A stretch of DNA of 64,000 nt, taken from the NCBI RefSeq assembly GCF_037042905.1, contig NC_087250.1:10604001-10668000 (forward strand). The letters are read 5' to 3'. The notes under the pieces are model-generated. The model worked only from the letters and a program-made list of their open reading frames with translations, did no database searches and was not told the origin of the DNA. Positions 11,434-25,468 of this stretch are shown here, one piece after another; the stretch's first letter is position 1; every line of letters begins with the position of its first letter. The DNA comes from Lytechinus pictus. Its lineage: Eukaryota. Position numbers and translations under genes: made by a program.

Positions 11434-13130
11434 CACTGGCGTAAATCCGTGTTGAGGGGTGGGGGGATGACTGAAATATTTTGGAATTTTTTTGTTATCA
11501 TGTTTTTAGATATGCAAGGAATTGTAATTGATATGTCCACAGTTGCTTACCGTAGGTCACGGCATTGTGGGGGCACCAGCAAAATTTTCGAATCACTGAG
11601 TGAGCGCGTGAAGCGCGCTCGGTTGCTAGTTATTCTGACCTAATAGAGACATTTTAAGGACAATGTCATTGAACGGATATGTATCTCACTGATCAAATAA
11701 TGCGAGCGCGAAGCGCGAGCTGAATTTTTCATATTTACACCTAAAAAGGGACATTATAATCAAATTTGTGTAATCATGATAGGTACCTGTCTCGCTAAAC
11801 AATGCGAGCGCGAAGCGCGAGCTGAAATTTTCGTACATTTTGACCCCAAACAGCGAGATTTTAAGGAAAATATTTTAGGAATCCATTAAGAGTATGCATA
11901 TCTCACCATAGTCATCTAATGCAAGTGCCAAGCGCTTGCTGATTTTATTAGAATTACATCTGAACACATGAAACACTTTTTGTACTCATTGCAATCATGA
12001 TTATCATACGCATCTCACTAATCAAATATTGCGAGCGTGAAGCGCGAGCTGAAAATTTAGATAATTTAGATAATTCAGACCTGAAGTGGGGCATTCTAAG
12101 GTTTCTTTGTAGGAATTAACTAGGACTATACGTATTCGCGCGAGCTGAAAATTTTTGATATTCAGATCAGAAGAAGGGACATTTCAAGGACTGATTTTAG
12201 GAATTCATGAAGAGCAGACATATCTCTCTAATCCACTAATGCGAACGTAATCACGGAAGGAAATGTTTTTATATATACGAAGACCTTAACATGGGGCAAT
12301 CACCTTTTTAATCATGTAAAAGAAGCTTATGTCACTACATAAAACAATGATAACTCAAGTGCTAGGAAATATATTTAGTTTATATTGACTTGAAAACGGG
12401 ATGTTTTAGTACAACAGGATTATATATCTCGTTGAACAGACAATGCGAGCACCAGGAACTATGAAGACGTAGGCCCTGGGCAAATTATGTTTCATGAAGT
12501 TATGATAAAAATGTTTCTTATGTAATGTAACATAACATAATTATAATATAACATTATAATGAATAATATATTTTTCTTTCCCACTACGTTTCTCTTCCTT
12601 TCTCCCTCTTTTCTATTTTTCCCCATTTCCCCGTTTTTGTTTTGGTCAGCCGATGGGGGGGGGGGGGGGGGGGGAGCATGTGCCCCCCCCGTAGTTACGC
12701 CACTGTATGTCCATATGGCAAATACCTCTCCAATATTATTATATTTTTACCCCATGATGGTTTAATTGTTTTATTAGAGATTACATTCAAGAACTTTTGA
12801 CATTCCATCTTAATCCCTTCCCAAAGACCCCAACATTGATGAATTGGAAGAAACGGGGGTTTCTCTTCAATGTTATAATAAGGACATAAGTATTTCGTTT
12901 GGAAATGGTGAACTGGCTCTTTATTTGCATTTTATGATTCAATAATATTGTTTTATTTGTTAAGCGGTATTTTAGGAAGAATTTTCACCAATAAAACAAT
13001 TATCTCTTGTGATTTTTTTATATTTCTTTCGTAAAAAAGTGGGGGGATGTTTGTACAGGCCATTCCCCCCTCCTCGAAAAGTGGGGGGGGGGGGATATAT
13101 TCCCCTATCCCCCCGGGATTTACGCCAGTG
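11434..13130. mobile_element. Non-autonomous hAT-like element carrying a GCGAGCGCGAAGCGCGAGC array
   Basis: 15-bp TIR CACTGGCGTAAATCC/GGATTTACGCCAGTG; TSD AGCGTTAG/AGCGTGAG; single empty site AGCGTGAG at 39385-39392 in copy B. Confidence 0.85.
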
Positions 13131-13636
13131 AGCGTGAGGTACATCGGTAAGGGTATAGAAAGAAAAACTGTCTGGAAACTCATGAAAATGATAATTGTTA
13201 ATCGAGCATTCCCATGACTACTGAAAGTCGCTTCCACAAACACAGCACTTTACGAAAGTGCTTCAAGTCATTTTCAAAGGAAACATTTTAATTGAAATAG
13301 TGGGCGTATTGAAATGTAGCATTACGATATACCAATTCGATGCAAAAAAAAAGGAAAAAAAAATCAAGTGATTTCAGTAACAGATCGCAGTCAGGTGAAT
13401 TAATATTTGGAATGTTTTACCTAACTTATTGATTTTACTCGCTTGAGATAAAACAAAGTGATTATAACAATAAACAATACAACTCAGTATGTATTGGAGT
13501 GAATCTAAGAGTAGGCGGGAATGACGATCTCGAGAATCCTGTGAAATTATCCGTGCTACCAACTGAAACTTCAGTTTTGTGGATGCTGTATTTTAACGAT
13601 AGAATATGGATTTTCCGCAACAGCTAAGCAGATCTG

Positions 13637-14056
13637 GGCCCCGTTGTACAAAGTATTACGATTGATCCGATCAATCGTTACTTTATGGAAATCCATCAGT
13701 GTCATAATTTTTCTACAGGAAATTTGCAAAATGTCCTTTGTTATCAAAGGAGAACACCCCAAATTGTCAAGAAATCAATGAATTTTTGGATATACATTCA
13801 TCTCGAGATAAAAAAAAAAGTAAAGATGCATTTTATATTTTGACTTTGCTGCCCGTCCATAGTTGCTATTGATTGGATCAATCGTAACTCTTTGTAAGAC
13901 GGGGCCCTGGGGCCCGTTGCAGAAAGAGTTGCAATCAATCGCAACTCCAAAAAATTACGCGCAACTTGATTTTAAACCAATCAACAGCGCGCATTTGGGA
14001 CTGGCGATTGATTTTTTTGACTTGCGTTTAAACGCAACTCTTTCAGCAACAAACCC
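13637..14056. mobile_element. Two adjacent PIF/Harbinger-like MITEs (13637-13906 and 13910-14056)
   Basis: CTG at 13634-36, 13907-09 and 14057-59; GGCCCCGT../GGGCCCGTTGC.. TIRs; empty site GCAGATCTGTTCT at ~40416-40428. Confidence 0.8.
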
Positions 14057-14211
14057 CTGTTCTAACATTAATGGCAGTGTGCACATGTATTCAAGATCAA
14101 GAGAAAAATGAAACAAACGAAACACAGCAACAAAGAGGAAGAAAAATAGAGACGCATTACCAAGAAAAAGAGGAAAGAAAAACGAAGTCGCGGATGCAGG
14201 ATGTACATTTA

Positions 14212-14450
14212 CACTGTAAAAACTGTGGTGTTAAAACTGACACCAGTGGGTGTTAATAGAGGACCACACCCTCTGGTATTAAAATTACACCCTAGAGATT
14301 GAATATAACACCAAAGAGTGTACATGTAACAACCAAAGGTGTTGCAATAACACCTATGGGTGCTAAACTAACACTGTCAATTTAACACCGGTGTAAAATC
14401 ACTGGTGTGGTCCTCTATGTACACCGGTTAACACCGCAGTTTTTGCTGTG
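14212..14450. mobile_element. MITE with CAC...GTG ends and 2-bp TSD
   Basis: CACTGTAAAAACTGTGGTGTTAA / TTAACACCGCAGTTTTTGCTGTG, TA on both sides; absent at ~40578-40581; truncated copy ~40911-41087. Confidence 0.75.
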
Positions 14451-15779
14451 TATGAGAATCAGAATATCAAAATGAAACGTGAGAAGACTGAACGGAATGG
14501 GAAAAAAATAAATATAGAAATATATAAAATATAGTTTCTTTTTAGTTTGGCTATATAAGTATTGATGTTTTGGCAAAAATGGTAGAGTGCAATTTGAAGG
14601 GGAAAAACCAGTACAAAAGAGAAAATGAACGAAATATTCCTTGTTCACTCATATCAAAATCATAAGAACTAAGAGTGATAAATACATATCTTAAGCTAGA
14701 TCTGACAATAGCGATACAAAATATAAAACCCAATGGTGATGTAGACAAATCAATAGAAATCTGAACGGCAAAGTCCTATTATCAAGAATTTATGTTTCAA
14801 CAAAATCAATTTGTATTTGCTTCAACAGTTATTCGTCCTCTCAACAAATGGGAAATATTATTGATTTTATTTTCTCAATGCCAACAAACGAAATAAAAAT
14901 CCAGAAAAGAGTTTTGAGGAAGAAATCGATATCCCGAAGATTAAAATCAAGATTTGGTCAGGTGTGATAATGCTATTCACTGAATCCGGGCTTTATTCTC
15001 CGTTTGAAATTTGTGACACTAGCCCCGTTCAGACTTGCGGGTATTTTACAAAGATTTTGGTTACATGCCGACTTGCACTACTACGACATTTCCTCCGACT
15101 GGGCTTCTCCAACCAGATTAGCTTACGTCTAGGTCTTGATAAGATATTTGGAATTTTAATCAATGCAAAAGAAAATTTTCATCCGAGAAATAATCCGCGT
15201 ATGAACGAGGCTACTGTAATAAAATCGTTTATATGGGAAATGCCTAATGATCTCGTTCACGAGTGGCTCCACGAGGCAGTGGGGAGGGGGGGGGGGGGAG
15301 GGAGAGGGGAGGGGGTGGCGACTGCCCTCTATGATTCTTCAAGTAATGATAAAGGGTAAATGGGGGGGGGGGGCATGTGTGTTTTCCTTATCTGTTTTCA
15401 CCTTTATTGTATTATGAAAACATCTTTTTTACAATCTAAGCAAAAGGGGACTGCAATCGGCAAGTCTAGCAGTTAAGCAGCCTCCTCGCCCAACCTGCCT
15501 ATTGTACTTAATGAACTTTGAATTTTTTGATTAAGCTTAATGTTTTACAGCGTACAATTAATATCATACGTAACTTGAATTATATTTATTTGTTGGATAT
15601 GGACATAAAATGAAACGTCCTGAATGAAAAAAAAAGGGGGGGGGGGAATAATAATATATAGAGTATAGAGGTTTTGACTGCATGTGTATCTCTATAGTAG
15701 GAAAAAAAAACGAAGGTCATCTTCAGCTCATCTCCGGTCCCCAATTAAAACACCCTGGATATATATATGAACTTGTGTT

Positions 15780-15837
<58 letters not shown>

Positions 15838-16315
15838 CATATATATCTATGTATTGTGAAAGGAAAGGGTCTTGAGGAAGTAATTGACATCCCCCTAAAA
15901 TTAAATAAAGATTTGGTTAGGTGTGATAATGCTATTCGCTGAATCCGGGCATTATTCTCTGTTTGACCTTTCCACCCTTTCACACAATAAAACAAAAATC
16001 GTAATTTGAATGACGATTCCAGTTAAAAATAAGGCTAATGACGCTTTTTAGTACGTGTGAAACCAAACTAGAATCACGCTAATCACAATCACGAATTTGA
16101 ATTCTACTTCGGAGGTGAATTCCAGTTAAGTTTCACTCAAATTACGGTACGAATTATTATCCTAACAATGATGATTCAAGATTCACGTGTGAGAAGGCCC
16201 CTTGTGACACTAGCACCGTTCAGACTTGCGGGTGTTTTACAAAGATTTAATTATGACCCTGGATATATATATATATATATATATAAGTATATAAATATAT
16301 ATATATATATATACA

Positions 16316-16443
16316 TCCGACAAAGGAAATCATAATTGGTATAGTGTCGAAAAGCTGTCTATCTGACGGTCAATCGGTCGGGGTCGCCCTAGCCACTAAC
16401 CCGTCGCTGTGGTGTAGTGGTTAAGGCACCGGCGCTCAAAGCT
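16316..16443 (+). repeat. Truncated tRNA-like unit (upstream flank plus 5' half of the cloverleaf), inside (TA)n
   Basis: CCGACAAAGGAAAT...CCCTAGCCACTAACCC-GTCGCTGTGGTGTAGTGGTTAAGGCACCGGCGCTCAAAGCT. Confidence 0.85.
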
Positions 16444-17289
16444 ATATGTATATATATATAAACATAAACATATATATATGTATATATATATATATATATA
16501 TATGTATACATTTTTTTACTAGATGTTTCTAATTAATTCCCCTATATTTTCTTCAAACAATACTTCGCTATTATCGTTGATCTACTACATTGCATTGTAT
16601 TGTATTTATCATCTTTTCATAATGTTAACTAGATAATTCATTTACAAATTATTATATTTGTATATTGCACTCTAAAAAAGGTTTTCCATATTACGTAAAA
16701 TAGGTGTATGCAGGTTGGTTCGGGAAAAAGACATTGAATATTTTGTAAATTCAATGTTGCATTGAAATTTATCTTAATTTCAACATACATTTTGCAAAAT
16801 ACCCAGCATACATGTATTTTCCTTTTGTACCCAATATTGGGTAAAATCTTGCTCAATGTTTTAGAGTGTGGTTTAGATCCTGATAAAGGGCATGTGCCCA
16901 AAAGCCTGACGAATACTGGTTTCTGATTTTGTTTCGGCCCTCTCTATACTCTTGATCTCAAATATATATAATCAACAAAATAATTGAAGGAAGGCCGAAG
17001 AAAACTTTCACTTTTACTAGTTTTATTTAATTTAAGATTCACTCTTATCAATTTAATCTTCAGAAAGCCTTTCAGAAAGACTTTCTGAAGATTAAATCGA
17101 TAAGAGTGAATTTTTCTTCGGCTTTTCCTCAATTATTTTGTTGATTATTTTCTATCCTTGACGGAGAACGTTGTTCGTTCTTGGAAGACAATGATTATTT
17201 TCTGTTCAGTTGTATTTTGCTTTTTCCGACATCGAATAGGTAAAATATTTAAAAAGTCATAAGAAAAAAAAAAGTGTTATTCTTTAGAA

Positions 17290-17633
17290 GTGGTGCAGTA
17301 AATCAATAGTAATTACGGAATTGACCGGAAAAAGCTTCGAGAGTGGTTCTAAAGAAAAGCTTATTCGCAGAGGAAATTTTCATCGACTGATGAATGAGTG
17401 TGTGGGTAGGTTGGTGTGTCGTGTGTGTGCGGGTTCCATTGTGAGTCGGAAAAGAGTAAAGCAACAAGCAGTGGAGAATTATATATATGGTCGGAATATT
17501 CTATGATAGTCACTTTTGGGTCATGGATTTGCATGAATTCGGAGACTCTTTCTGACTGTGGAAGTGCAAAACAGGCAAGCATTTCATCAACTCTTCCTTC
17601 CTCCATAAAGGTTGACGAAAGAATTGAGTAAGT
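17290..17633 (+). other. Candidate non-coding 5' exon of GPCR copy A
   Basis: Well conserved with 52549-52881; both copies end in GTAAGT, after which similarity drops locally; both GPCR ATGs are preceded by a TTTTTTGCAG acceptor. Start boundary is approximate. Confidence 0.4.
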
Positions 17634-18590
17634 ATTATATGTATTATTCTGTCTCCCTCCATTCTGTATTTGTATAATAATATCAATTTAGTGATTGACA
17701 GGGAGGGGGAGGGCAGGGGAGGGGGAGGAAGGGGGATGGGGACAGTGAGAAAGAGATAGAGAGCGAGAGAGAGACAACATATTTGTTGAAATTCTTTATA
17801 AAAGAAGTGCTATCCTTTTAAACAAAAAACAAAACAACACACACGCACACAAAAGCCTGCTATTTTTTTAACCCGGATTTTCTTTGGTTGAGAAAAATAA
17901 AGTTCCACACTCGACGCTAATAGATTTCGAAAAAGAAAAAAGCTTTTCTAGTAATCATCCATAATTAATATTGAACTATTTTGATAACTTATACATAAAC
18001 ACAAATGATTTATATTTTGTTCTCTTCTGACAAAAATTAATGTTAACATTATATCTTCCGAAGATTACGTTCTTAATTCTTATTAGAGATGACATATTTT
18101 TAAGAAATCATTTTGTTGCGAGTACCTAAAGCATTATAGTTAAATGCGTTTATGCAATTCTATTATTTGTATGAGCTGAATTGAAAATATTTTGTTATTC
18201 TGATGTAAATAGGCAAAACCAGGAATCAACGTCAAAATCATTTAGAATAATAATGAATGAGCCAGGACTTCTAAATTTTATTCATTTTCACTTAATTGTT
18301 TATTCAATAGACATGTATCGCATTAAAAAAAGTGAATTACACATGCATTACATGGTATTGCAACATACATGGTTAAAGAAATACAGATATGTAAAATTTG
18401 CACAGTAAATTATCGATAAAGATGAATACATAATAGAAGAATGCATACAATTAATTGATAAAATTATTCCTAATAAAACCCCTAAAACACGATAAAATAA
18501 TGGTAATTTAAAAGAAAAATCACAATCGCCAAGGATGTAGATTAAACGTTAAATAATTTTCAATTTATTTCAGTTAAGATTTGTAATATA

Positions 18591-19410
18591 CAGTGCGTCC
18601 CAGAACAAAACGAAACCGACATTTAGCGATGATTTATCATAACTTAATCATAAATAAAATAGACAAATGACCTACCAATGTAAAGCTTAGAATCTCCTCT
18701 TTCATCTGGTATTACTTAGATTATTCCTCATTCACGCATGATTGAGCAAAAACAATTTGAAGAAAGGATGCCAAAAACTCATTTGGTGGGGGGTATCTGA
18801 ATTTCAAAAAGAAAATCACATGACTAAAAAGTTCAATATCTTCTCTTTTCTTTGATACCTAAATCACAGAAAATGGTCAAGTAGTAAAAAAGTTATGGTC
18901 CCTCGAAACAATGCTTGTATTTCCATAATTTTATTAAATAAACGTGTTTTCACCGGTTTCCCACTGAAGCTATCGCACGGTAACAAAAGACTTAATGCAT
19001 GGCTGAGCGTCAACAAAACGGAGTGTCGAGTGAGTTTGAACGCCAGCCTGTAAAATCTCTTCATTTTATGAAATTATTGAAATTCAAGCTTTATTTCAAA
19101 TAACCAGACCTTTGTTTTTTCTTGACCATTTTCTGTAATTGAGGTATCAAATTAAAGAGCAGATATTGAACTTTTTAAAAATGTGGTTTTCTTTCTAAAA
19201 CCCAGATACGGCCCGCCAAGTGACTTTTTGGTATCCCTTTTTCAAATTGTTTTTGCTCACTCATGCGTGAATGAGAAATAAACTAAATAATTTCAGATGA
19301 AAGAGGAGATTCTAAGCTTTAAAATGGTAGGTCATTTGTTTATTGTATTTGCGATTAAGTTATGATAAATCATCGATAAATCTCGGTTTCGTTTTTTGTG
19401 GGACGCACTG
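18591..19410. mobile_element. Tc1/mariner-type long-TIR MITE
   Basis: TA-CAGTGCGTCCCA...TGGGACGCACTG-TA; nearly fully palindromic; second copy 43898-45405. Confidence 0.9.
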
Positions 19411-20737
19411 TATATTAAGCATACGTACAAGATTAGGGAGGGCACTGCTTTTAAATCTGCTTGTCTTGCATTTGAATTTATTATATTTGTTTGCATTTCA
19501 AAGAAAATTATAATTTCTTTGATGAGGTAACCTGCAAGACTGACATAAATAATTTTTTTCAAAAGAAATAGCAAAATCTTGAGTAAGTTTCTCTATTCGG
19601 GAAAATATATATCCGGAAAAAAAAAATCCAAGCTGTGCATGTTTATGAGACCCTATGACAGCACACTATATAGATATACATTGATTACAATATACAAAGG
19701 ATTTAGATTAGACAGCACTGCATGATATATTGGTTGGTTTAATGTTCTGTAAGTAAAAGAAGGGGCGATGTTTTGTTACCCTACGAAATATCGTTAAAAT
19801 GGCCGTTACAACTACATGAATATACAATCATAGAAACTTTTCAACTTTTGATCACCTTTTCTACTCCAATTCAATTGGTTTAAAATTGATTATTTATTTA
19901 AAATAATTTTGTGTAATAGTATTGATATTGTAATTTTAAATTAATATTTTCAAGTGCCGAATAAATAATGATTAAAATTAATATATAAATGAAAATATGC
20001 TAATTATAGCATCAATAATTATAATTACTAAATCGCAACGTTATTTAAATTATGTTCAATATACCCTGTCTGGCCCCCTCAATATTGTTGTCTCATAACG
20101 CTACCGCAAATATCTCTTAGTAAAATTTCCTTTTTTTTGATAAAGGAAATTATTTTAAATTTAGATATTCATTGCTTTCAAATCCTTCGAGTCGACTAAA
20201 TTCATTAAAACCTATCTCTAGCCTTGCTAAATCCCCCGAAAGTAAAAGACACTATTCCATTTCTTTACCAGATTGTATGTGCTCCCAAAATGTTAAGGAT
20301 GTAAATTAAACCACTGGTGGATCCAGCGGGAGGGGGGGCAAAGCTGGCCAGTGCCCCCCCCCTTTTGAGAGGCACAATTAAAATTTGTAATGTAAAAATG
20401 CCGTTAAAACATAAGTGTGCCCCGCTTTAGAAAGTGAAGACCCTTTTTTTTTGCTTGTCAACTTTTTCCTCGGGAAAATGCACCCCTTTTGGAAAATCCT
20501 GGATCCGCCCCTAAACAAAAACATACTTTTTATTAGATAAGATAACCGATTTGACCGATCAAAAGTTATTTCGATCGGATTTTCGGTCAAAATAAAATAT
20601 CCATTGCATATTTATGTCTTGTTTATATAGACCTCATTTCCAATACGCTTTGTCAGTAACTTTCTAACATCAAATGACTAAATCTGTAAAACCAATTTTG
20701 AAAAATCCCGAAAGAGGCACTAGATGCTGCATCCAAT

Positions 20738-22170
20738 ATCTAACGGACCCCCACTCCCCCCAAAAAATGCCAAATTGAAATTCAACGGGCGAAAACACAT
20801 TAATGACCTGAACAAGATGCGTATATAGTAAATAATTACTGCTAGCGCGAGCAGAAATATCAAATCTACGTTCTGGCTTGATAAGGACTGTTTGCAGTTA
20901 GCCACGGAGACGACACATTTCAAAAATTAAATAATGCGAGCGCGAAGCGCGAGCTTAAATTTTTCGAAATTCCAACCTGGAAAACCATGAACAAGATAGG
21001 CATATAAATATACAATTGATGCGAGCAGGAAGCGCGAGGGGAAATATTGAGATTTTCATGTTTTGTAAATCAAGAAAAGGATGGGTAATATGGAATCTTC
21101 CAATATCAATAATGTGAGCGCGAAGCACGAGCAGAAAACATTTGATATTCTGATCTGAAACTGTATAATTTGAACACGTTTTAAATAAAGAAAAAGCTGG
21201 GTATCCTCGTATGTAGATTTAGACCTAGAAACTGGGCATTCTGAATACATTTTTTTAATGAATATCAATAATGCGAGCGCGCATTCAATCTCTAACGGAC
21301 CAAAAAAAAAATGCCAAATTGAAATTCAATGGGCGGAAACACATTAATGACCTGAACAAGATGCGTATGTAACAGATAATTATTGCCAGCGCGAGCAGAA
21401 ATAATAAATGTACGTTCTGGCTTGGTAAGAACTGTTTGCAGTTAGCAACGGAGACGACACATTTCAACAATCAAACAATACGAGCGCGAAGCGCGAGCTG
21501 AAAATTTTCGACATTCCGACCTGAAAAACCATGAACAGGATAGGCATGTAACAATTTCATCGATGCAAGCACAAAGCGCGAGGGGAAAAATTGAGATTTT
21601 CATGTCAAGGAAAGGATGGGTAATACGGAATCTTCCAATATCATTAATGTGAGCGCGATGCAAGAGCAGAAAACATTTGATATTCTGATCTGAAACTGGA
21701 TAATTAAAGCACGTTTTAAATAAAGAAGAAGTTGGGTATCTTAATAAACATGCGTGCTCGTATGTAGATTTAGATCTAGAATCTGGGCATTCTAAATATT
21801 TTTTTTTAATGAAAATCAATAATGCGAGCGGGCGCTGGAAGTATTTGATATTCCGATCTGAAATTTTAAGAACTATTCCGAGCACTTTGTATGAAAATTC
21901 TTAAGTGGATATGGATCGCACTTACTAAATGATGCGCGAGCTGAATTTTTTTTATCATTTTGACTTAGGACAGGAAACTTCCAAGGACATTTTATCATTT
22001 GAAAATGATGACTATCTTGCTATTCCTCTTCTTAAGCGCGAGATGAAAATTGTCGATATTCCATTCTGATAAAGGGACAACTTGATTATTAAGAATTCAT
22101 GAAAATGTTATTATATATCAGCCCATTGAGCAAGATATGTACCTCACATCAATGCGAGCACGAAGCGTAC
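20738..22170 (+). repeat. GCGAGCGCGAAGCGCGAGC-type array, with an internal ~550-bp direct duplication
   Basis: Motif at 20936-20954, 21480-21498 and variants; 20738-21282 repeated at ~21289-21830; paralogous to 55270-56885. Confidence 0.8.
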
Positions 22171-22756
22171 AAGATGTCTTCTCCTCAGACCCTCACCTTA
22201 TTCTATTCACTCGTCTTCCTCCTCTTATTATTCCTCTTCTTTTTTTCTCTTTTCTTTCTCCTTCTTTTTTCTTTTCCCCCCCTTATTTTTCATTATTTTG
22301 CTCCTTCCACCAAAAAAGTGTGTGTGTGTTCGGGGGGACACAATATCAAATATACCCATAAGTGTGTTTTTGTGTGTGTGTGGGGGGGGGGGGGGTGGGG
22401 GGTGGGGGGACACAATATCCAATGTCCCCAAAAGTGTGTGTGTGTGGGGGGGGGGGTTGGGGGGACACAATATCAAATGTCCCCAAAAGTGTGTGTGTAT
22501 GTGTGTGTGGGGGGGGGGGGACGTGTCCCTCTGTCCCACCTCGGATTTCGTCCAAGGTCATTAGATTAAGGTTTTCACCAAATAAATCTTGGCGAGCTCA
22601 TATTTCACCCAGTGAAATCACTTTGAAGATGCTAATAGTAAATTCTCAAAACATCTATGTAAAAAGTGAACGCTCTTTTTCACCAAATGAAATTAATTTG
22701 GAGATGTTTATAGTCAACCATCTTTGTACCATGTAAACTCTCCCTTTTTTGCAGAC

Positions 22757-24081
22757 ATGGCGTGCATGGCTCTTGGGCAGCTGCCCCTGTTCCTGATGCT
22801 AGTTGCTGGGCTAGATGCGGGATTGGCTGAAAACACTTCTGCTTAGACGTCCTCACAGAATTCGTCTGAGCAAGAATGGACCTTTCAACTGACCACGAGT
22901 TTCTTTCAAGATGTTCCAAACCTGACCACAACGTCGACCGTGACAGAGATGGTCAATGTCACTGCTCTTGTCTCTGATGAAAACTTAGATGGTGGATTTT
23001 CCACTTGGGGCGATGAGGTTCAGACTGTAAAAACGGAGGAGAGAAGCGCATCCGGTTATGCTGAATCGTCCACGGAAAGTTTGGATATCGAGACATCCGA
23101 TTCAGTCCCATGGAGATGGCACTATCCAACCTGGTCATGGTGGCAGTTGGTCCAACTAACGTCTTCCGTACTTGGTGTTGTCGGCCAAATGCTTGTCATG
23201 CTGGTTATTTGGCAACGCCGGGCCATGAACCGTTCTGCTGATACACTAATCGGAGCTCTAGCGGTTGCGGACTTCCTGACCTCTATTCTGATTTTGCCAT
23301 TGCCGGTGGCAGTTAGTGTGCCATCCACACTCCTTGGAGAAATCTATTGCAGGTTTGTATTCAATGGTTTTTTCATGTGGTTGGCAGTCGGAGCCTCCAT
23401 CCATACCCTTGCTTTGATATCAGTAGAGCGTTTAATAGCCATCATGTATCCCATTCTTTTCAACCGTTACTCCAGCAGAGAGAAGGCATCTGTTGCCGTT
23501 GCAGTTGTATGGCTGGAGTTGATGATTACGACTCTTAACCTAATTTTGACTTGCAGCGTAGAGGGCGTCAGTCATACCTGTGTGTTATCCTTTTCACCGT
23601 CACTTGGTAAGTTCTTCGGCGTTTATACGTTCCTTGTGTATTTTATAATCCCTGCTACGGTAATGCTTGTAGCACAGGCGGTGACTGCGGTCATTCTTCA
23701 CCGAAAATCGAAACAGTTCAACGAAGGCAAAGCCCTTCAGAACAGGTCTAAGAGCTTATTGACTGCCAGAAAACGGGTCATCCAGATGCTATTCGTGGTC
23801 GTCCTGATTTTCATCGTATGCTGGGGTCCAAACAATGTTGCGTACTTTCTCTTTAACTTTGGGTTTATCAGCAGGAGGTTTGCCTTCAGCAACAAAATCG
23901 CATTCTTACATTGCTTGCCTTCTACAACTCATGTCTGAATCCCATCGTGTATACGGTTCGGCATCCGGAGTTCCGACAAGCTATCTGCGGTTTGTTTTCG
24001 GGCTCAAAAGTTCAAGGAGGGGCGTTATTTGAGTACAAAACTGAGCGAAAGGTTCCGCCGACAGGACAAAAGGTCGCTTGA
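22757..24081 (+). pseudogene. Class A GPCR pseudogene (paralogue of 57372-58664)
   Basis: Colinear with the intact copy; W30 codon is TAG (22844-22846); 1-bp deletion at ~23894 shifts frame before TM7; compensated -1/+1 indels in the signal peptide. Confidence 0.88.
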
Positions 24082-24435
24082 GATTAATGACAGAAGAAAA
24101 GGGCGTCGCGACCATATTTACAACACACATGTAGAGTAATCAAAATAAAAGTATCTTCATAAAACATGTAAAAGGTTCTGTTTTAGACATAGTGTAGGGT
24201 GTAAACATCTTCAAGAAAAAAAGTATGCTGTGAAACGTTAAACGTTAGTAGGAGTTTCTGCAATTTTTATTCTGAAATCAATAGTGAATGAAAATGTTCA
24301 CATAATAAAAAAGGTATAAATGAATGCATTTAAAACGTGACAGTCATAGAGATAAATAATACAGACAGAGATCGATAATTACATTATACACAAAGTGTGT
24401 GTTTTATATGTACATGTAGTAAGTTGAGTAAATAC

Positions 24436-24853
24436 GGTTTATTTCGAATTCGTCTAATGCCAATTCGTCAAATTGCCAACCCATCGACTATCATTTGGTC
24501 TACCATCAGTTCATCCACTCACCACATGGTCTACTTCTATTTAGTTTACTGCCATTTCGTCTAATAACCAGTTGGTCCAATAGCTATTTAGTCCATATAC
24601 TATTTGGTCCAATTAGACTAAGTGTTAAATTGTGCAAAATTAATGAAAATAAAATGGATATTAGACCAACCGGTTATGAGATGAAACGCTCATAGACGAA
24701 ATGGTGATTAGACGAAGTGATGACTGGACCAAATGGTTAATGGACCAAACGATTGTTAGACGAAATGTTGATGGACGGAATGGCATTAGACTAAATGAAC
24801 GTAGACCATGTTGTGAGTGGACGAGTTGGCAGTAGACGATTTGACAATTTACC
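24436..24853. mobile_element. MITE built from TAGACGAA/GGACCAA units, GG...CC ends (Merlin- or MULE-like)
   Basis: GGTTTATTTC...CAATTTACC with TAAA(A)TAC flanking repeat; paralogous copy 59012-59421. Confidence 0.7.
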
Positions 24854-25169
24854 TAAAATACAGGGGCAAGCTATTATGAGCAAGAAACTGCAGAAAGCAA
24901 CAATAGCAGTCAGGAGAATTCGATTGGAAGTAAACGTAACTTCGGGAATTACTGATTTTAATATCTACAAAACATAATTGGATATGTTCATCGCACCATG
25001 TGATTTACAATCACACCTGTGCACCAGTAGGAATAAACCTGAATTTGGATATCTGTCGCCTTTAAAGTATCGTAGATTAGTGGGTCAGAGACACAAGTAC
25101 ACCTTACACGATCATGTATCATTTTCAAAATATTTTATTTGAGATTTTATTTTTCAAAATAAATCATGA

Positions 25170-25468
25170 TATAATAATAATAATAATATGTCCATTTATA
25201 TAGCGCAGTTACTATGTGCATATACTCAACTGCGCTTTGATACCTGGTATCATATTATTACCCCAGCTGTAGCTGAGCCGCCATATTAATAGGCGCTCAA
25301 AAGCGTTCAAGGAAAAATCCTACCGGGTACCCATTCACCTCACCTGGGTCGAGTGCAGCACAATGTGGATAAATTTCTTGCCGAAGGAAATTACGTCATG
25401 GCTGGGATTCGAACCCATGACCCTCTGTTTCAAAGTCCGGAGACTAATCCACTGGGCCACAACGCTCC
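25170..25468 (-). mobile_element. tRNA-derived SINE, specific to copy A
   Basis: A/B boxes, core and (ATT)n tail; absent at the paralogous site ~59710. Confidence 0.85.

Noticed and set aside
14964..15359. 131-aa ORF with a paralogue at 41458-41763
   Set aside because: The frame is not preserved between the duplicates, no domain is recognisable and there is no convincing splice context
22099..22736. Gly/Cys/Val-rich ORFs upstream of the GPCR (also 56850-57352)
   Set aside because: Arise from (GT)n and G-run repeats that are open in several frames
22940..23938. 332-aa ORF as an intact GPCR
   Set aside because: Comparison with 57372-58664 shows an upstream nonsense codon and a frameshift that removes TM7/NPxxY
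25395..25468. tRNA genes at SINE heads (also ~283-354, 11130-11200, 27000-27071, 35357-35428, 61225-61298)
   Set aside because: Each continues into a shared SINE core and lacks a clean cloverleaf plus terminator
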